Assembly: GCF_046119375.1 (NCBI RefSeq)
Contig: NW_027362769.1
Location: 359,848,001-359,912,000 of the forward strand
Reading direction: 5' to 3'
Length of the DNA: 64,000 nt
Source: Phyllobates terribilis
Lineage: Eukaryota
A program made the translations under genes and the position numbers. Each line of letters starts with the position of its first letter. Position 1 is the first letter of the stretch. Positions 25,971 through 39,200 of the stretch are shown in pieces. Under the pieces are notes generated by a model that was given only the letters and a program-made list of their open reading frames with translations, did not search any database and was not told the DNA's origin.

Positions 25971-27210
25971 GGGGTATAGTTTCCAAAATGGGGACACTTG
26001 TGGGGGAGCTCCACTGTTTAGGCACATCACGGGCTCTCCAAACGCGACATGGTGTCCGCTAACAAATTGAATGGAAAATCGGCTCAAATTGTTAGCGGAC
26101 GCCATGTTGCGTTTGGAGAGCCCCTGTGTGCCCAAACATTGGAGCTCCCCCACAAGTGACCGCATTTTGGAAACTAGACCCCCCAAGGCACCTATCTAGA
26201 TGCATAGTGAGCACTTGGAATCCCCAGGTGCTTCACAAATTGATTCGTAAAAATGAAAAAGTGAAAAAAAAAACACTTTTTCATTTTTATGAATCAATTT
26301 GTGAAGCACCTGGGGTTCCAAGTGCTCACTATGAATCTAGATAGGTGCCTTGGGGGGTCTAGTTTCCAAAATGGGGTCACTTGTGGGGGAGCTCCAATGT
26401 TTGGGCACGCAGGGACTCTCTAAATGCAACATGGTATCCGCTAACAAATTGAATGGAAAATCGGCTCAAATTGTTAGCGGACACCACATTGCGTTTGGAG
26501 AGCCCCTCTGTGCCCAAACTTTGGAGCTCCCCCACAAGTGACCCCATTTTGGAAACTAGACCCCCCAAGGCACCTATCTAGATGCATAGTGAGCACTTGT
26601 AACTCCAGGTGCTTCACAAATTGATTCACAAAAATGAAAAAGTGTTTTTTTTTTCACTTTTTCATTATTACAAATCAATTTGTGAAGCACCTGGGGGTTC
26701 CAAGTGCTCACTATGCATCTAGAAAGGTGCCTTGGGGGGTCTAGTTTCCAAAATGGGGTCACTTGTGGGGGAGCTCCAAAGTTTGGGCACAGAGGGGCTC
26801 TCCAAACGCAATGTGGTGTCCGCTAACAATTTGAGCCGATTTTCCATTCAATTTGTTAGCGGATACCATGTTGCATTTAGAGAGTCCCTGTGTGCCCAAA
26901 CATTGGAGCTCCCCCACAAGTGACCCCATTTTGGAAACTAGACCCCCCAAGGCACCTATCTAGATGCATAGTGAGCAGTTGGAACCCCCAGGTGCTTCAC
27001 AAATTGATTCGTAACAATGAAAAAGTGTTTTTTTTTTCACTTTTTCATTTTTACGAATCAATTTGTGAAGCACCTGGGGGTTGCAACTGCTCACTATGCA
27101 TCTAGATAGGTGCCTTGGGGGGTCTAGTTTCCAAAATGGGGTCACTTGTGGGGGAGCTCCAATGTTTGGGCACACAGGGGCTCTCTAAACGCAACATGGT
27201 GTCCGCTAAT
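25971..27210. repeat. ~382-bp tandem unit (x3.3), each made of two long palindromes
   Basis: The same peptide-like string appears on both strands in the ORF track at 26350(+), 26377(-), 26732(-), 26759(+) and 27115(+); periods 382-383 bp. Confidence 0.9.
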
Positions 27211-28038
27211 TATTCAAGCAAATTTTACAATCAAAAAGTCAAATGGCGCTCCTTCCCTTCCGAGCCCTACAGTGCGCCCAAACAGTGTTTTTTCCCCAAA
27301 TATTGGGTATCTGCGTGCCCAGGGGAAATTGCACAACAAATTTTGCGGTCCATTTTTTCTTGTTACTCCTGTGAAAATAAAAAAAATTGGGTCTAAAGTA
27401 ATATTTTTGTGAAAAAAGTTAAATGTTCATTTTTTTCTTCCACATTCAAAAAATTCCTATGGAGCACCTGAAGGGTTAATAAAGTTCTTGAATGTGGTTT
27501 TGAGCACCTTGAGGGGTGCAGTTTTTAGAATGGTGTCACTTTTGGGTATTTTCTGTCATAAAGACCTCTCAAAGTGACTTCAAATGTGATGTGGTCCCTA
27601 AAAAAATGGTTTTGTAAATTTTGTTGGAAAAATGTGAAATCGCTGGTCAACTTTTAACCCTTATAGCTCCCTAACAAAAAAAAATTTTGGTTCCAAAATT
27701 GTGCTGATGTAAAGTAGACATGTGGGAAATGTTATTTATTAACTCTTTTGTGTGACATATCGCTCTGATTTCAGGGCTTAAAAATTCAAATTTTGAAAAT
27801 TGCAAAATTTTCCAAATTTTCGCCAAATTTCCGTTTTTTTCACAAATAAACGCAAGTGTTATCGAAGAAATTTTTCCACAATCATGAAGTACAATATGTC
27901 ACGAAAAAACAGTCTCAGAATCAGGGGGATCCGTTGAAGCGTTCCAGAGTAATTACCTCATAAAGTGACAGTGGTCAGAATTGTAAAAATTGGCCCGGTC
28001 ATTAACGTGCAAACCACCCGCGGGGCTTAAGGTGTTAA

Positions 28039-28498
28039 AGAAACTGTTGGTTTTTATCCCTGTAATAAATGTGCAGCATGCAAGAAGCTGCACACTAAAA
28101 AACAAAAAATAATCACGGAAGACCAAACCACCTACAAAATCTCAGACTTCATTACTTGCAACACCGATGGCGTCATCTACAGCCTCCGATGTCCATGCAA
28201 CAAACTTTATATAGGTAGAACCAAACGCCCCCTACAAGTGCTCATAAATGAACATCTGCGCAATATTTCCAAAAAATTTGACGGACACCCTCTATCTATA
28301 CATTACTCCGAAAAACATGGAGGTTCCATTAAGGGCACTACCATCACAGGCCTACAGAAGGTCCACAAACAATGGCGCAAATGGGACTATCTAAAACAAA
28401 TGTCCAGGGTTGAAAGCAAGTGGATATTCAACCTGGACACATTAAAACCAAAGGGACTCAATTCTGAGATTGAGTTATTTGCTTTCAATGATGACTAA
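28039..28498 (+). pseudogene. PLE Cys-rich linker + GIY-YIG endonuclease (C-terminal part of the interrupted ORF)
   Basis: Translates ETVGFYPCNKCAACK...DFITCNTDGVIYSLRCPCNKLYIGRTKRPLQVLINEH...HPLSIHY...ESKWIFNLDTLKPKGLN, with a VIY-YIG motif. Confidence 0.92.
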
Positions 28499-28596
28499 TG
28501 CATCCATCCAAACTAAAGCATATTACCAAGCAGACCCCGCCCCCACTAATTAATTATGCACAAGCGCGCATATATAAGTGACCTACTTACAGCAGT

Positions 28597-28645
28597 AGAC
28601 CATCCCTGAGGAAGAGAACCGTAGTTCTTGAAACGCGTTGGTCTT
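28597..28645 (+). ncRNA. Minimal type-I hammerhead ribozyme in the PLE terminal repeat
   Basis: CTGAGGA (28606-28612), extra A, stem II GAGAAC/CGTA/GTTCTT, GAAA, palindromic stem III ACGCGT, GUU site; AGACC/GGTCT flanks. TATATAAG at 28571-28578 lies upstream. Confidence 0.78.
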
Positions 28646-30221
28646 TTTGGTCCCTGTAAGCCACCGTACGGGTCACATGCGCGCTGTCACGCGCACTTAC
28701 GTCACGCAGGTCCTACTGCGTTGATACACGGCGCAAACTCCAGGTCCTTCCCGCCCTCCACAGACCGCCGACGGAGGACAAGCAGCGCAAGGGAGAACAG
28801 CTGGTCACCGGCCGGGACCCTGTCTCACTCCCTGCGCGACCCATCTCTATGCCCCACTACTCTTCTACCCCCCGCTGCCAGTTGTGACTCTGAGAGCACA
28901 GTGGGATGCCAAGAGTCCCTGTTAGCAGAACCATCCCTGACAGACTACTAACAGTAAGTACTGAGCTCTGCTCCCACGGTGACATTCAGCATCTAAGACT
29001 GCACTGCAGTGTGCACATGCTGCACACACACTAGACTGCCCATCTCCCCTGATTGCAACTACCACCACGAATAAGCTCAAGAGGTTTAAGCAGATCCTCA
29101 GTACCCTAACATAGAGCACAGATACTGCTTCCCCACTGCTACTGATACTACCAGTGAGTCCAAGGAACAAGCACACTTTCAGTGCTCTAACCCAACAGGT
29201 AACATTCTAATCATTTTACCTGCACTATACAGGTCTCCCCCCCCCCCCCTCCCCCTATTTAATAGAATCCATAGATATACCTATATTAACATTTATCCTT
29301 CAAAGCTCTTTTGGATACGCATACAGCTGTCCATCACCCAGCCTCAGATAACTGGCTTTAAGACCGTAGTCACCAGCCCAGGCTACCTTGGAACCTATAC
29401 AGCACCTCGTACAGGTAATACGCATATCTTCTCACCTGTGCCACTCAGACCCGCTGTACTGTACCACAGGTATAACAAAACCCTTCTACTATCCGCCAAC
29501 AGTAGCAAGCAGCTTCAAGCACTGCGATTAACAACAGCTGTCCATCACCCAGAACCGGACAACAATCAAGACCGCAGACACCATCTAGTGCAATCCTGCT
29601 ACTTACACAGAACCCCCCTCCTTTACAGGTAAAAAACTGCATCCCCTTATATGTGCCATTCAGACCCTATACCAAGCGTTGTTGGCTTAACTAATATTAC
29701 TCTATTTTCATTAGTAGCACTCTCTAATCCCGCTGCCTAAATATCTACAAACGATCATCAGCCCAAGCACAAGCCATCAACACCTGGAAATCTACCTAGA
29801 CCGACAACAGGTAAATCACTTCTTACACCGGTGAGAGCAGCCACTCTAAGTATACGGGGAACAATCCGGTCACTAAAACCCCACCCCCCCTTTTTTTTCC
29901 CCTTCTCTTTCTCCTTTTTACACATAGGAAATATCCAGACTACTATCCTTCTAAAAACTGGCCTAGAAACCCACGAGACTACCACTACCAGGAACCTCCA
30001 AAAAGCCTCCACCCCAAAAGACCCACCAGCTATCTCTATCTAATATTTTATCATTTTTTAACCTTCATTATGATTTAACGTCATTTTTATGCGAGATTTA
30101 CTATTTAAAATAAAAACTCTTTTATCATCCTCTCTTATTGTCCACATTTTTGTCCCCAACAACCTTCCCCCTTCAAGTATACGGCCTAAACCTTACCAGC
30201 GCAGGATATTTTAACTATTTC

Positions 30222-33200
30222 TACAGTATATAGAGCAGCCTGTACAGTATATAGAGCTGCCTGTACAGTATATAGAGCAGTGTGTACAGTATATAGAGCA
30301 GCCTGTACAGTATATAGAGCAGTCTGTACAGTATATAGAGCAGTGTGTACAGTATATAGAGCAGCCTGTACAGTATATAGAGCAGTGTGTACAGTATATA
30401 GAGCAGCCTGTACAGTATATAGAGCAGTCTGTACAGTATATAGAGCAGCCTGTACATTATATAGAGCAGTGTGTACAGTATATAGAGCTGCCTGTACAGT
30501 ATATAGAGCAGTGTGTACAGTATATAGAGCAGCATGTACAGTATATAGAGCAGTGTGTACAGTATATAGAGCAGCCTGTACAGTATATAGAGCAGTGTGT
30601 ACAGTATATAGAGCAGCCTGTACAGTATATAGAGCAGTGTGTACAGTATATAGAGCAGCATGTACAGTATATAGAGAAGCCTGTACAGTATATAGAGCAG
30701 TGTGTACAGTATATAGAGTAGTGTGTACAGTATATAGAGCAGCCTGTACAGTATATAGAGCAGTGTGTACAGTATATAGAGCAGCATGTACAGTATATAG
30801 AGAAGCCTGTATAGTATATAGAGCAGTGTCTATAGTATATAGAGCAGCCTGTACAGTATATAGAGCAGTGTGTACAGTATATAGAGCAGAGTGTACAGTA
30901 TATAGAGCAGTGTGTACAGTATATAGAGCAGTGTGTATAGTATATAGAGCCGTGTGTACAGTATATAGAGCAGCCTGTACAGTATATAGAGCAGCGTGTG
31001 CAGTATATAGAGCAGCCTGTACAGTATATAGAGCAGTGTGTACAGTATATAGAGCAGCCTGTACAGTATATAGAGCAGCGTGTGCAGTATATAGAGCAGC
31101 CTGTACAGTATATAGAGCAGCATGTACAGTATATAGAGCTGCCTGTACAGTATATAGAGCTGCCTGTACAGTATATAGAGCAGCGTGTACAGTATATAGA
31201 GCAGCCTATACAGTATATAGAGCAGTGTGTACAGTATATAGAGCAGCCTGTACAGTATATAGAGCAGCGTGTACAGTATATAGAGCAGCCTGTACAGTAT
31301 ATAGAGCAGTGTGTACAGTATATAGAGCAGCCTGTACAGTATATAGAGCAGTGTGTACAGTATATAGAGCTGCCTGTACAGTATATAGAGCAGTGTGTAC
31401 AGTATATAGAGCAGTGTGTACAGTATATAGAGCTGCCTGTACAGTATATAGAGCAGCCTGTAAATTATATAGAGCAGCCTGTACAGTATATAGAGCAGTG
31501 TGTACAGTATATAGAGCAGCATGTACAGTATATAGAGAAGCCTGTACAGTATATAGAGCAGTGTGTACAGTATATAGAGCAGTGTCTATAGTATATAGAG
31601 CAGCCTGTACAGTATATAGAGCAGTGTGTACAGTATATAGAGCAGTGTGTATAGTATATAGAGCTGCCTGTACAGTATATAGAGCAGCCTGTACAGTATA
31701 TAGAGCAGCGTGTGCAGTATATAGAGCAGCCTGTACAGTATATAGAGCAGCATGTATAGTATATAGAGCAGCCTGTATAGTATATAGAGCTGCCTGTATA
31801 GTATATAGAGCAATGTGTACAGTATATAGAGCTGCCTGTACAGTATATAGAGCAGCGTGTACAGTATATAGAGCAGCCTATACAGTATATAGAGCAGTGT
31901 GTACAGTATATAGAGCAGCCTGTACAGTATATAGAGCAGCGTGTACAGTATATAGAGCAGCCTGTACAGTATATAGAGCAGTGTGTACAGTATATACAGC
32001 AGTCTGTATAGTATATAGAGCTGTCTGTACAGTATATAGAGCAGCCTGTACAGTATATAGAGCAGTGTGTACAGTATATAGAGCAGCCTGTACAGTATAT
32101 AGAGCTGCCTGTACAGTATATAGAGCAGTGTGTACAGTATATAGAGCAGCCTGTACAGTATATGGAGCTGTGTGTACAGTATATAGAGCTGCCTGTACAG
32201 TATATAGAGCAGTGTGTACAGTATATAGAGCAGCCTGTACAGTATATAGAGCAGCCTGTACAGTATATAGAGCTGCCTGTACAGTATATAGAGCAGGGTG
32301 TACAGTATATAGAGCAGCGTGTACAGTATATAGAGCAGTGTGTACAGTATATAGAGCAGTCTGTACAGTATATAGAGCAGCCTGTACATTATATAGAGCA
32401 GTGTGTACAGTATATAGAGCAGTGTGTACAGTATATAGAGCAGCCTGTACAGTATATAGAGCAGTGTGTATAGTATATAGAGCTGCCTGCACAGTATATA
32501 GAGCAGTGTGTACAGTATATAGAGCAGTGTGTACAGTATATAGAGCTGCCTGTACAGTATATAGAGCAGTGTGTACAGTATATAGAGCAGCCTGTACAGT
32601 ATATAGAGCAGTGTGTGCAGTATATAGAGCAGCCTGTACAGTATATAGAGCAGTGTGTATAGTATATAGAGCAGTGTGTACAGTATATAGAGCTGCCTGT
32701 ACAGTATATAGAGCAGTGTGTACAGTATATAGACCTGCCTGTACAGTATATAGAGCAGTGTGTACAGTATATAGAGCAGCCTGTACATTATATAGAGCAG
32801 TGTGTACAGTATATAGAGCAGTGTCTATAGTATATAGAGCAGCCTGTACAGTATATAGAGCAGTGTGTACAGTATATAGAGCTGCCTGTACAGTATATAG
32901 AGCAGCATGTACAGTATATAGAGCAGCCTATACAGTATATAGAGCAGTGTGTACAGTATATAGAGCAGCCTGTACAGTATATAGAGCAGCGTGTACAGTA
33001 TATAGAGCAGCCTGTACAGTATATAGAGCAGTGTGTACAGTATATAGAGCAGCCTGTACAGTATATAGAGCAGTGTGTACAGTATATAGAGCTGCCTGTA
33101 CAGTATATAGAGCAGTGTGTACAGTGTATAGAGCTGCCTGTACAGTATATAGAGCAGCCTGTACAGTATATAGAGCAGTGTGTACAGTATATAGAGCAGC

Positions 33201-36200
33201 CTGTACAGTATATAGAGCAGTGTGTACAGTATATAGAGCAGCATGTACAGTATATAGAGAAGCCTGTACAGTATATAGAGCAGTGTGTACAGTATATAGA
33301 GCAGTGTCTATAGTATATAGAGCAGCCTGTACAGTATATAGAGCAGTGTGTACAGTATATAGAGCAGTGTGTATAGTATATAGAGCTGCCTGTACAGTAT
33401 ATAGAGCAGCCTGTACAGTATATAGAGCAGCGTGTACAGTATATAGAGCTGCCTGTACAGTATATAGAGCAGTGTGTACAGTATATAGAGCAGCCTGTAC
33501 AGTATATAGAGCAGTGTGTATAGTATATAGAGCTGCCTGTACAGTATATAGAGCAGCCTGTACAGTATATAGAGCAGCGTGTGCAGTATATAGAGCAGCC
33601 TGTACAGTATATAGAGCAGCATGTACAGTATATAGAGCTGCCTGTACAGTATATAGAGCAGCATGTACAGTATATAGAGCAGCCTATACAGTATATAGAG
33701 CAGTGTGTACAGTATATAGAGCAGCCTGTACAGTATATAGAGCAGCGTGTACAGTATATAGAGCAGCCTGTACAGTATATAGAGCAGTGTGTACAGTATA
33801 TAGAGCAGCCTGTACAGTATATAGAGCAGTGTGTACAGTATATAGAGCTGCCTGTACAGTATATAGAGCAGTGTGTACAGTATATAGAGCTGCCTGTACA
33901 GTATATAGAGCAGCCTGTACAGTATATAGAGCAGTGTGTACAGTATATAGAGCAGCCTGTACAGTATATAGAGCAGTGTGTACAGTATATAGAGCAGCAT
34001 GTACAGTATATAGAGAAGCCTGTACAGTATATAGAGCAGTGTGTACAGTATATAGAGCAGTGTCTATAGTATATAGAGCAGCCTGTACAGTATATAGAGC
34101 AGTGTGTACAGTATATAGAGCAGTGTGTATAGTATATAGAGCTGCCTGTACAGTATATAGAGCAGCCTGTACAGTATATAGAGCAGCGTGTGCAGTATAT
34201 AGAGCAGCCTGTACAGTATATAGAGCAGCATGTACAGTATATAGAGCAATGTGTACAGTATATAGAGCTGCCTGTACAGTATATAGAGCAGCGTGTACAG
34301 TATATAGAGCAGCCTATACAGTATATAGAGCAGTGTGTACAGTATATAGAGCAGCCTGTACAGTATATAGAGCAGCGTGTACAGTATATAGAGCAGCCTG
34401 TACAGTATATAGAGCAGTGTGTACAGTATATACAGCAGTCTGTATAGTATATAGAGCTGTCTGTACAGTATATAGAGCAGCCTGTACAGTATATAGAGCA
34501 GAGTGTACAGTATATAGAGCAGCCTGTACAGTATATAGAGCTGCCTGTACAGTATATAGAGCAGTGTGTACAGTATATAGAGCAGCCTGTACAGTATATA
34601 GAGCTGTGTGTACAGTATATAGAGCAGTGTGTACAGTATATAGAGCAGCCTGTACAGTATATAGAGCTGCCAGTACAGTATATAGAGCAATGTGTACAGT
34701 ATATAGAGCTGCCTGTACAGTATATAGAGCAGCGTGTACAGTATATAGAGCAGCCTATACAGTATATAGAGCAGTGTGTACAGTATATAGAGCAGCCTGT
34801 ACAGTATATAGAGCAGCGTGTACAGTATATAGAGCAGCCTGTACAGTATATAGAGCAGTGTGTACAGTATATACAGCAGTCTGTATAGTATATAGAGCTG
34901 TCTGTACAGTATATAGAGCAGCCTGTACAGTATATAGAGCAGTGTGTACAGTATATAGAGCAGCCTGTACAGTATATAGAGCTGCCTGTACAGTATATAG
35001 AGCAGTGTGTACAGTATATAGAGCAGCCTGTACAGTATATAGAGCTGTGTGTACAGTATATAGAGCTGCCTGTACAGTATATAGAGCAGTGTGTACAGTA
35101 TATAGAGCAGCCTGTACAGTATATAGAGCAGCCTGTACAGTATATAGAGCTGCCTGTACAGTATATAGAGCAGGGTGTACAGTATATAGAGCAGCGTGTA
35201 CAGTATATAGAGCAGTGTGTACAGTATATAGAGCAGTCTGTACAGTATATAGAGCAGCCTGTACATTATATAGAGCAGTGTGTACAGTATATAGAGCAGT
35301 GTGTACAGTATATAGAGCAGCCTGTACAGTATATAGAGCAGTGTGTATAGTATATAGAGCTGCCTGCACAGTATATAGAGCTGCCTGTACAGTATATAGA
35401 GCAGTGTGTACAGTATATAGAGCTGCCTGTACAGTATATAGAGCAGTGTGTACAGTATATAGAGCAGCCTGTACAGTATATAGAGCAGTGTGTGCAGTAT
35501 ATAGAGCAGCCTGTACAGTATATAGAGCAGTGTGTATAGTATATAGAGCAGTGTGTACAGTATATAGAGCTGCCTGTACAGTATATAGAGCAGTGTGTAC
35601 AGTATATAGACCTGCCTGTACAGTATATAGAGCAGTGTGTACAGTATATAGAGCAGCCTGTACATTATATAGAGCAGTGTGTACAGTATATAGAGCAGTG
35701 TCTATAGTATATAGAGCAGCCTGTACAGTATATAGAGCAGTGTGTACAGTATATAGAGCAGTGTGTATAGTATATAGAGCTGCCTGTACAGTATATAGAG
35801 CAGCCTGTACAGTATATAGAGCAGCGTGTGCAGTATATAGAGCAGCCTGTACAGTATATAGAGCAGCATGTACAGTATATAGAGCTGCCTGTACAGTATA
35901 TAGAGCAGCATGTACAGTATATAGAGCAGCCTATACAGTATATAGAGCAGTGTGTACAGTATATAGAGCAGCCTGTACAGTATATAGAGCAGCGTGTACA
36001 GTATATAGAGCAGCCTGTACAGTATATAGAGCAGTGTGTACAGTATATAGAGCAGCCTGTACAGTATATAGAGCAGTGTGTACAGTATATAGAGCTGCCT
36101 GTACAGTATATAGAGCAGTGTGTACAGTATATAGAGCTGCCTGTACAGTATATAGAGCAGCCTGTACAGTATATAGAGCAGTGTGTACAGTATATAGAGC

Positions 36201-39200
36201 AGCCTGTACAGTATATAGAGCAGTGTGTACAGTATATAGAGCAGCATGTACAGTATATAGAGAAGCCTGTACAGTATATAGAGCAGTGTGTACAGTATAT
36301 AGAGCAGTGTCTATAGTATATAGAGCAGCCTGTACAGTATATAGAGCAGTGTGTACAGTATATAGAGCAGTGTGTATAGTATATAGAGCTGCCTGTACAG
36401 TATATAGAGCAGCCTGTACAGTATATAGAGCAGCGTGTGCAGTATATAGAGCAGCCTGTACAGTATATAGAGCAGCATGTACAGTATATAGAGCAATGTG
36501 TACAGTATATAGAGCTGCCTGTACAGTATATAGAGCAGCGTGTACAGTATATAGAGCAGCCTATACAGTATATAGAGCAGTGTGTACAGTATATAGAGCA
36601 GCCTGTACAGTATATAGAGCAGCGTGTACAGTATATAGAGCAGCCTGTACAGTATATAGAGCAGTGTGTACAGTATATACAGCAGTCTGTATAGTATATA
36701 GAGCTGTCTGTACAGTATATAGAGCAGCCTGTACAGTATATAGAGCAGAGTGTACAGTATATAGAGCAGCCTGTACAGTATATAGAGCTGCCTGTACAGT
36801 ATATAGAGCAGTGTGTACAGTATATAGAGCAGCCTGTACAGTATATAGAGCTGTGTGTACAGTATATAGAGCAGTGTGTACAGTATATAGAGCAGCCTGT
36901 ACAGTATATAGAGCTGCCAGTACAGTATATAGAGCAGGGTGTACAGTATATAGATCAGCGTGTACAGTATATAGAGCAGTGTGTACAGTATATAGAGCAG
37001 TCTGTACAGTATATAGAGCAGCCTGTACATTATATAGAGCAGTGTGTACAGTATATAGAGCAGTGTGTACAGTATATAGAGCAGCCTGTACAGTATATAG
37101 AGCAGTGTGTATAGTATATAAAGCAGCCTGTACAGTATATAGAGCTGCCTGTACAGTATATAGAGCAGTGTGTACAGTATATAGAGCTGCCTGTACAGTA
37201 TATAGAGCAGTGTGTACAGTATATAGAGCAGCCTGTACAGTATATAGAGCAGTGTGTACAGTATATAGAGCAGTGTGTACAGTATATAGAGCAGCCTGTA
37301 CAGTATATAGAGCAGTGTGTACAGTATATAGAGCAGTGTGTACAGTATATAGACCTGCCTGTACAGTATATAGAGCAGTGTGTACAGTATATAGAGCAGT
37401 GTGTACAGTATATAGAGCAGTGTGTACAATATATAGAGCAGCCTGTACAGTATATAGAGCAGGGTGTACAGTATATAGAGCAGCCTGTACAGTATATAGA
37501 GCAGTGTGTACAGTATATAGAGCTGTGTGTACAGTATATAGAGCAGTGTGTACAGTATATAGAGCTGCCTGTACAGTATATAGAGCAGGGTGTACAGTAT
37601 ATAGAGCAGCCTGTACAGTTTATAGAGCAGTGTGTATAGTATATAGAGCAGTGTGTATAGTATATAGAGCAGTCTGTACAGTATATAGAGCAGTGTGTAC
37701 AGTATATAGAGCAGTATGTACAGTATATAGAGCAGTGTGTACAGTATATACAGCAGTGTGTACAGTATATAGAGCAGTATGTACAGTATATAGAGCTGCC
37801 TGTACAGTATATAGAGCAGTGTGTACAGTATAAAGACCTGCCTGTACAGTATATAGAGCAGGGTGTACAGTATATAGAGCAGTGTGTACAGTATATAGAG
37901 CAGCCTGTACATTATATAGAGCAGTGTGTACAGTATATAGAGCTGCCTGTACAGTATATAGAGCAGTGTGTACAGTTTATAGAGCAGCCTGTACAGTATA
38001 TAGAGCAGCCTGTACAGTATATAGAGCAGCCTGTACAGCATATAGAGCAGTCTGTACAGTATATAGAGCAGTGTGTACAGTATATAGAGCAGCCTGTACA
38101 GTTTATAGAGCAGTGTGTATAGTATATAGAGCAGTCTGTACAGTATATAGAGCAGTGTGTACAGTATATAGAGCAGTATGTACAGTATATAGAGCAGTGT
38201 GTACAGTATATACAGCAGTGTGTACAGTATATAGAGCAGTATGTACAGTATATAGAGCTGCCTGTACAGTATATAGAGCAGTGTGTACAGTATATAGACC
38301 TGCCTGTACAGTATATAGAGCAGGGTGTACAGTATATAGAGCAGTGTGTACAGTATATAGAGCAGCCTGTACAGTATATAGAGCAGTGTGTACAGTATAT
38401 AGAGCAGTGTGTACAGTATATAGAGCTGCCTGTACAGTATATAGAGCAGTGTGTACAGTTTATAGAGCAGCGTGTACAGCATATAGAGCAGTCTGTACAG
38501 TATATAGAGCAGTGTGTACAGTATATAGACCTGCCTGTACAGTATATAGAGCAGGGTGTACAGTATATAGAGCAGTGTGTACAGTATATAGAGCAGCCTG
38601 TACAGTATATAGAGCAGTGTGTACAGTATATAGAGCAGCCTGTACAGTATATAGAGCAGTGTGTACAGTATATAGAGCAGCCTGTACAGTATATAGAGCA
38701 GTGTGTACAGTATATAGAGCAGTATGTACAGTATATAGAGCAGTGTGTACAGTATATACAGCAGTGTGTACAGTATATAGAGCAGTATGTACAGTATATA
38801 GAGCTGCCTGTACAGTATATAGAGCAGTGTGTACAGTATATAGACCTGCCTGTACAGTATATAGAGCAGGGTGTACAGTATATAGAGCAGTGTGTACAGT
38901 ATATAGAGCAGCCTGTACAGTATATAGAGCAGTGTGTACAGTATATAGAGCTGCCTGTACAGTATATAGAGCAGTGTGTACAGTATATAGAGCAGTGTGT
39001 GCAGTATATAGAGCAGTGTGTACAGTATATAGAGCAGTGTGTATAGTATATAGAGCTGCCTGTACAGTATATAGAGCAGTGTGTACAGTATATAGAGCAG
39101 CCTGTACAGTATATAGAGCAGTGTGTACAGTGTATAGAGCAGTGTATATAGTATATTGAGCTGCCTGTACAGTATATAGAGCAGTGTGTACAGTATATAG

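Larger units (their letters stand above)
23932..28034. mobile_element. 4.1-kb non-autonomous TTAA-targeting DNA transposon (piggyBac/Kolobok-T2-like), rich in palindromes
   Basis: TTAA TSD at 23928-23931 and 28035-28038, termini CCCCTTAA / TTAAGGTG, no coding capacity. Removing it rejoins the PLE ORF in frame. Confidence 0.85.
21734..30221 (+). mobile_element. Penelope-like retroelement (Neptune-type), 5'-truncated, inserted in the satellite and interrupted at 23932-28034
   Basis: RT and GIY-YIG domains, Cys-rich linker, hammerhead motif after the stop and AATAAA at 30109-30114. Flanked on both sides by 21-bp satellite. Confidence 0.88.

Noticed and set aside
25899-27412. Repeated MGGLVSKMGSLVGELQ ORFs on both strands
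   Set aside because: Products of the palindromic 382-bp repeat, with no protein-family motifs.
21724-30231. TACAGTATAT on both sides of the PLE as a target-site duplication
   Set aside because: It cannot be distinguished from the satellite's own periodicity.
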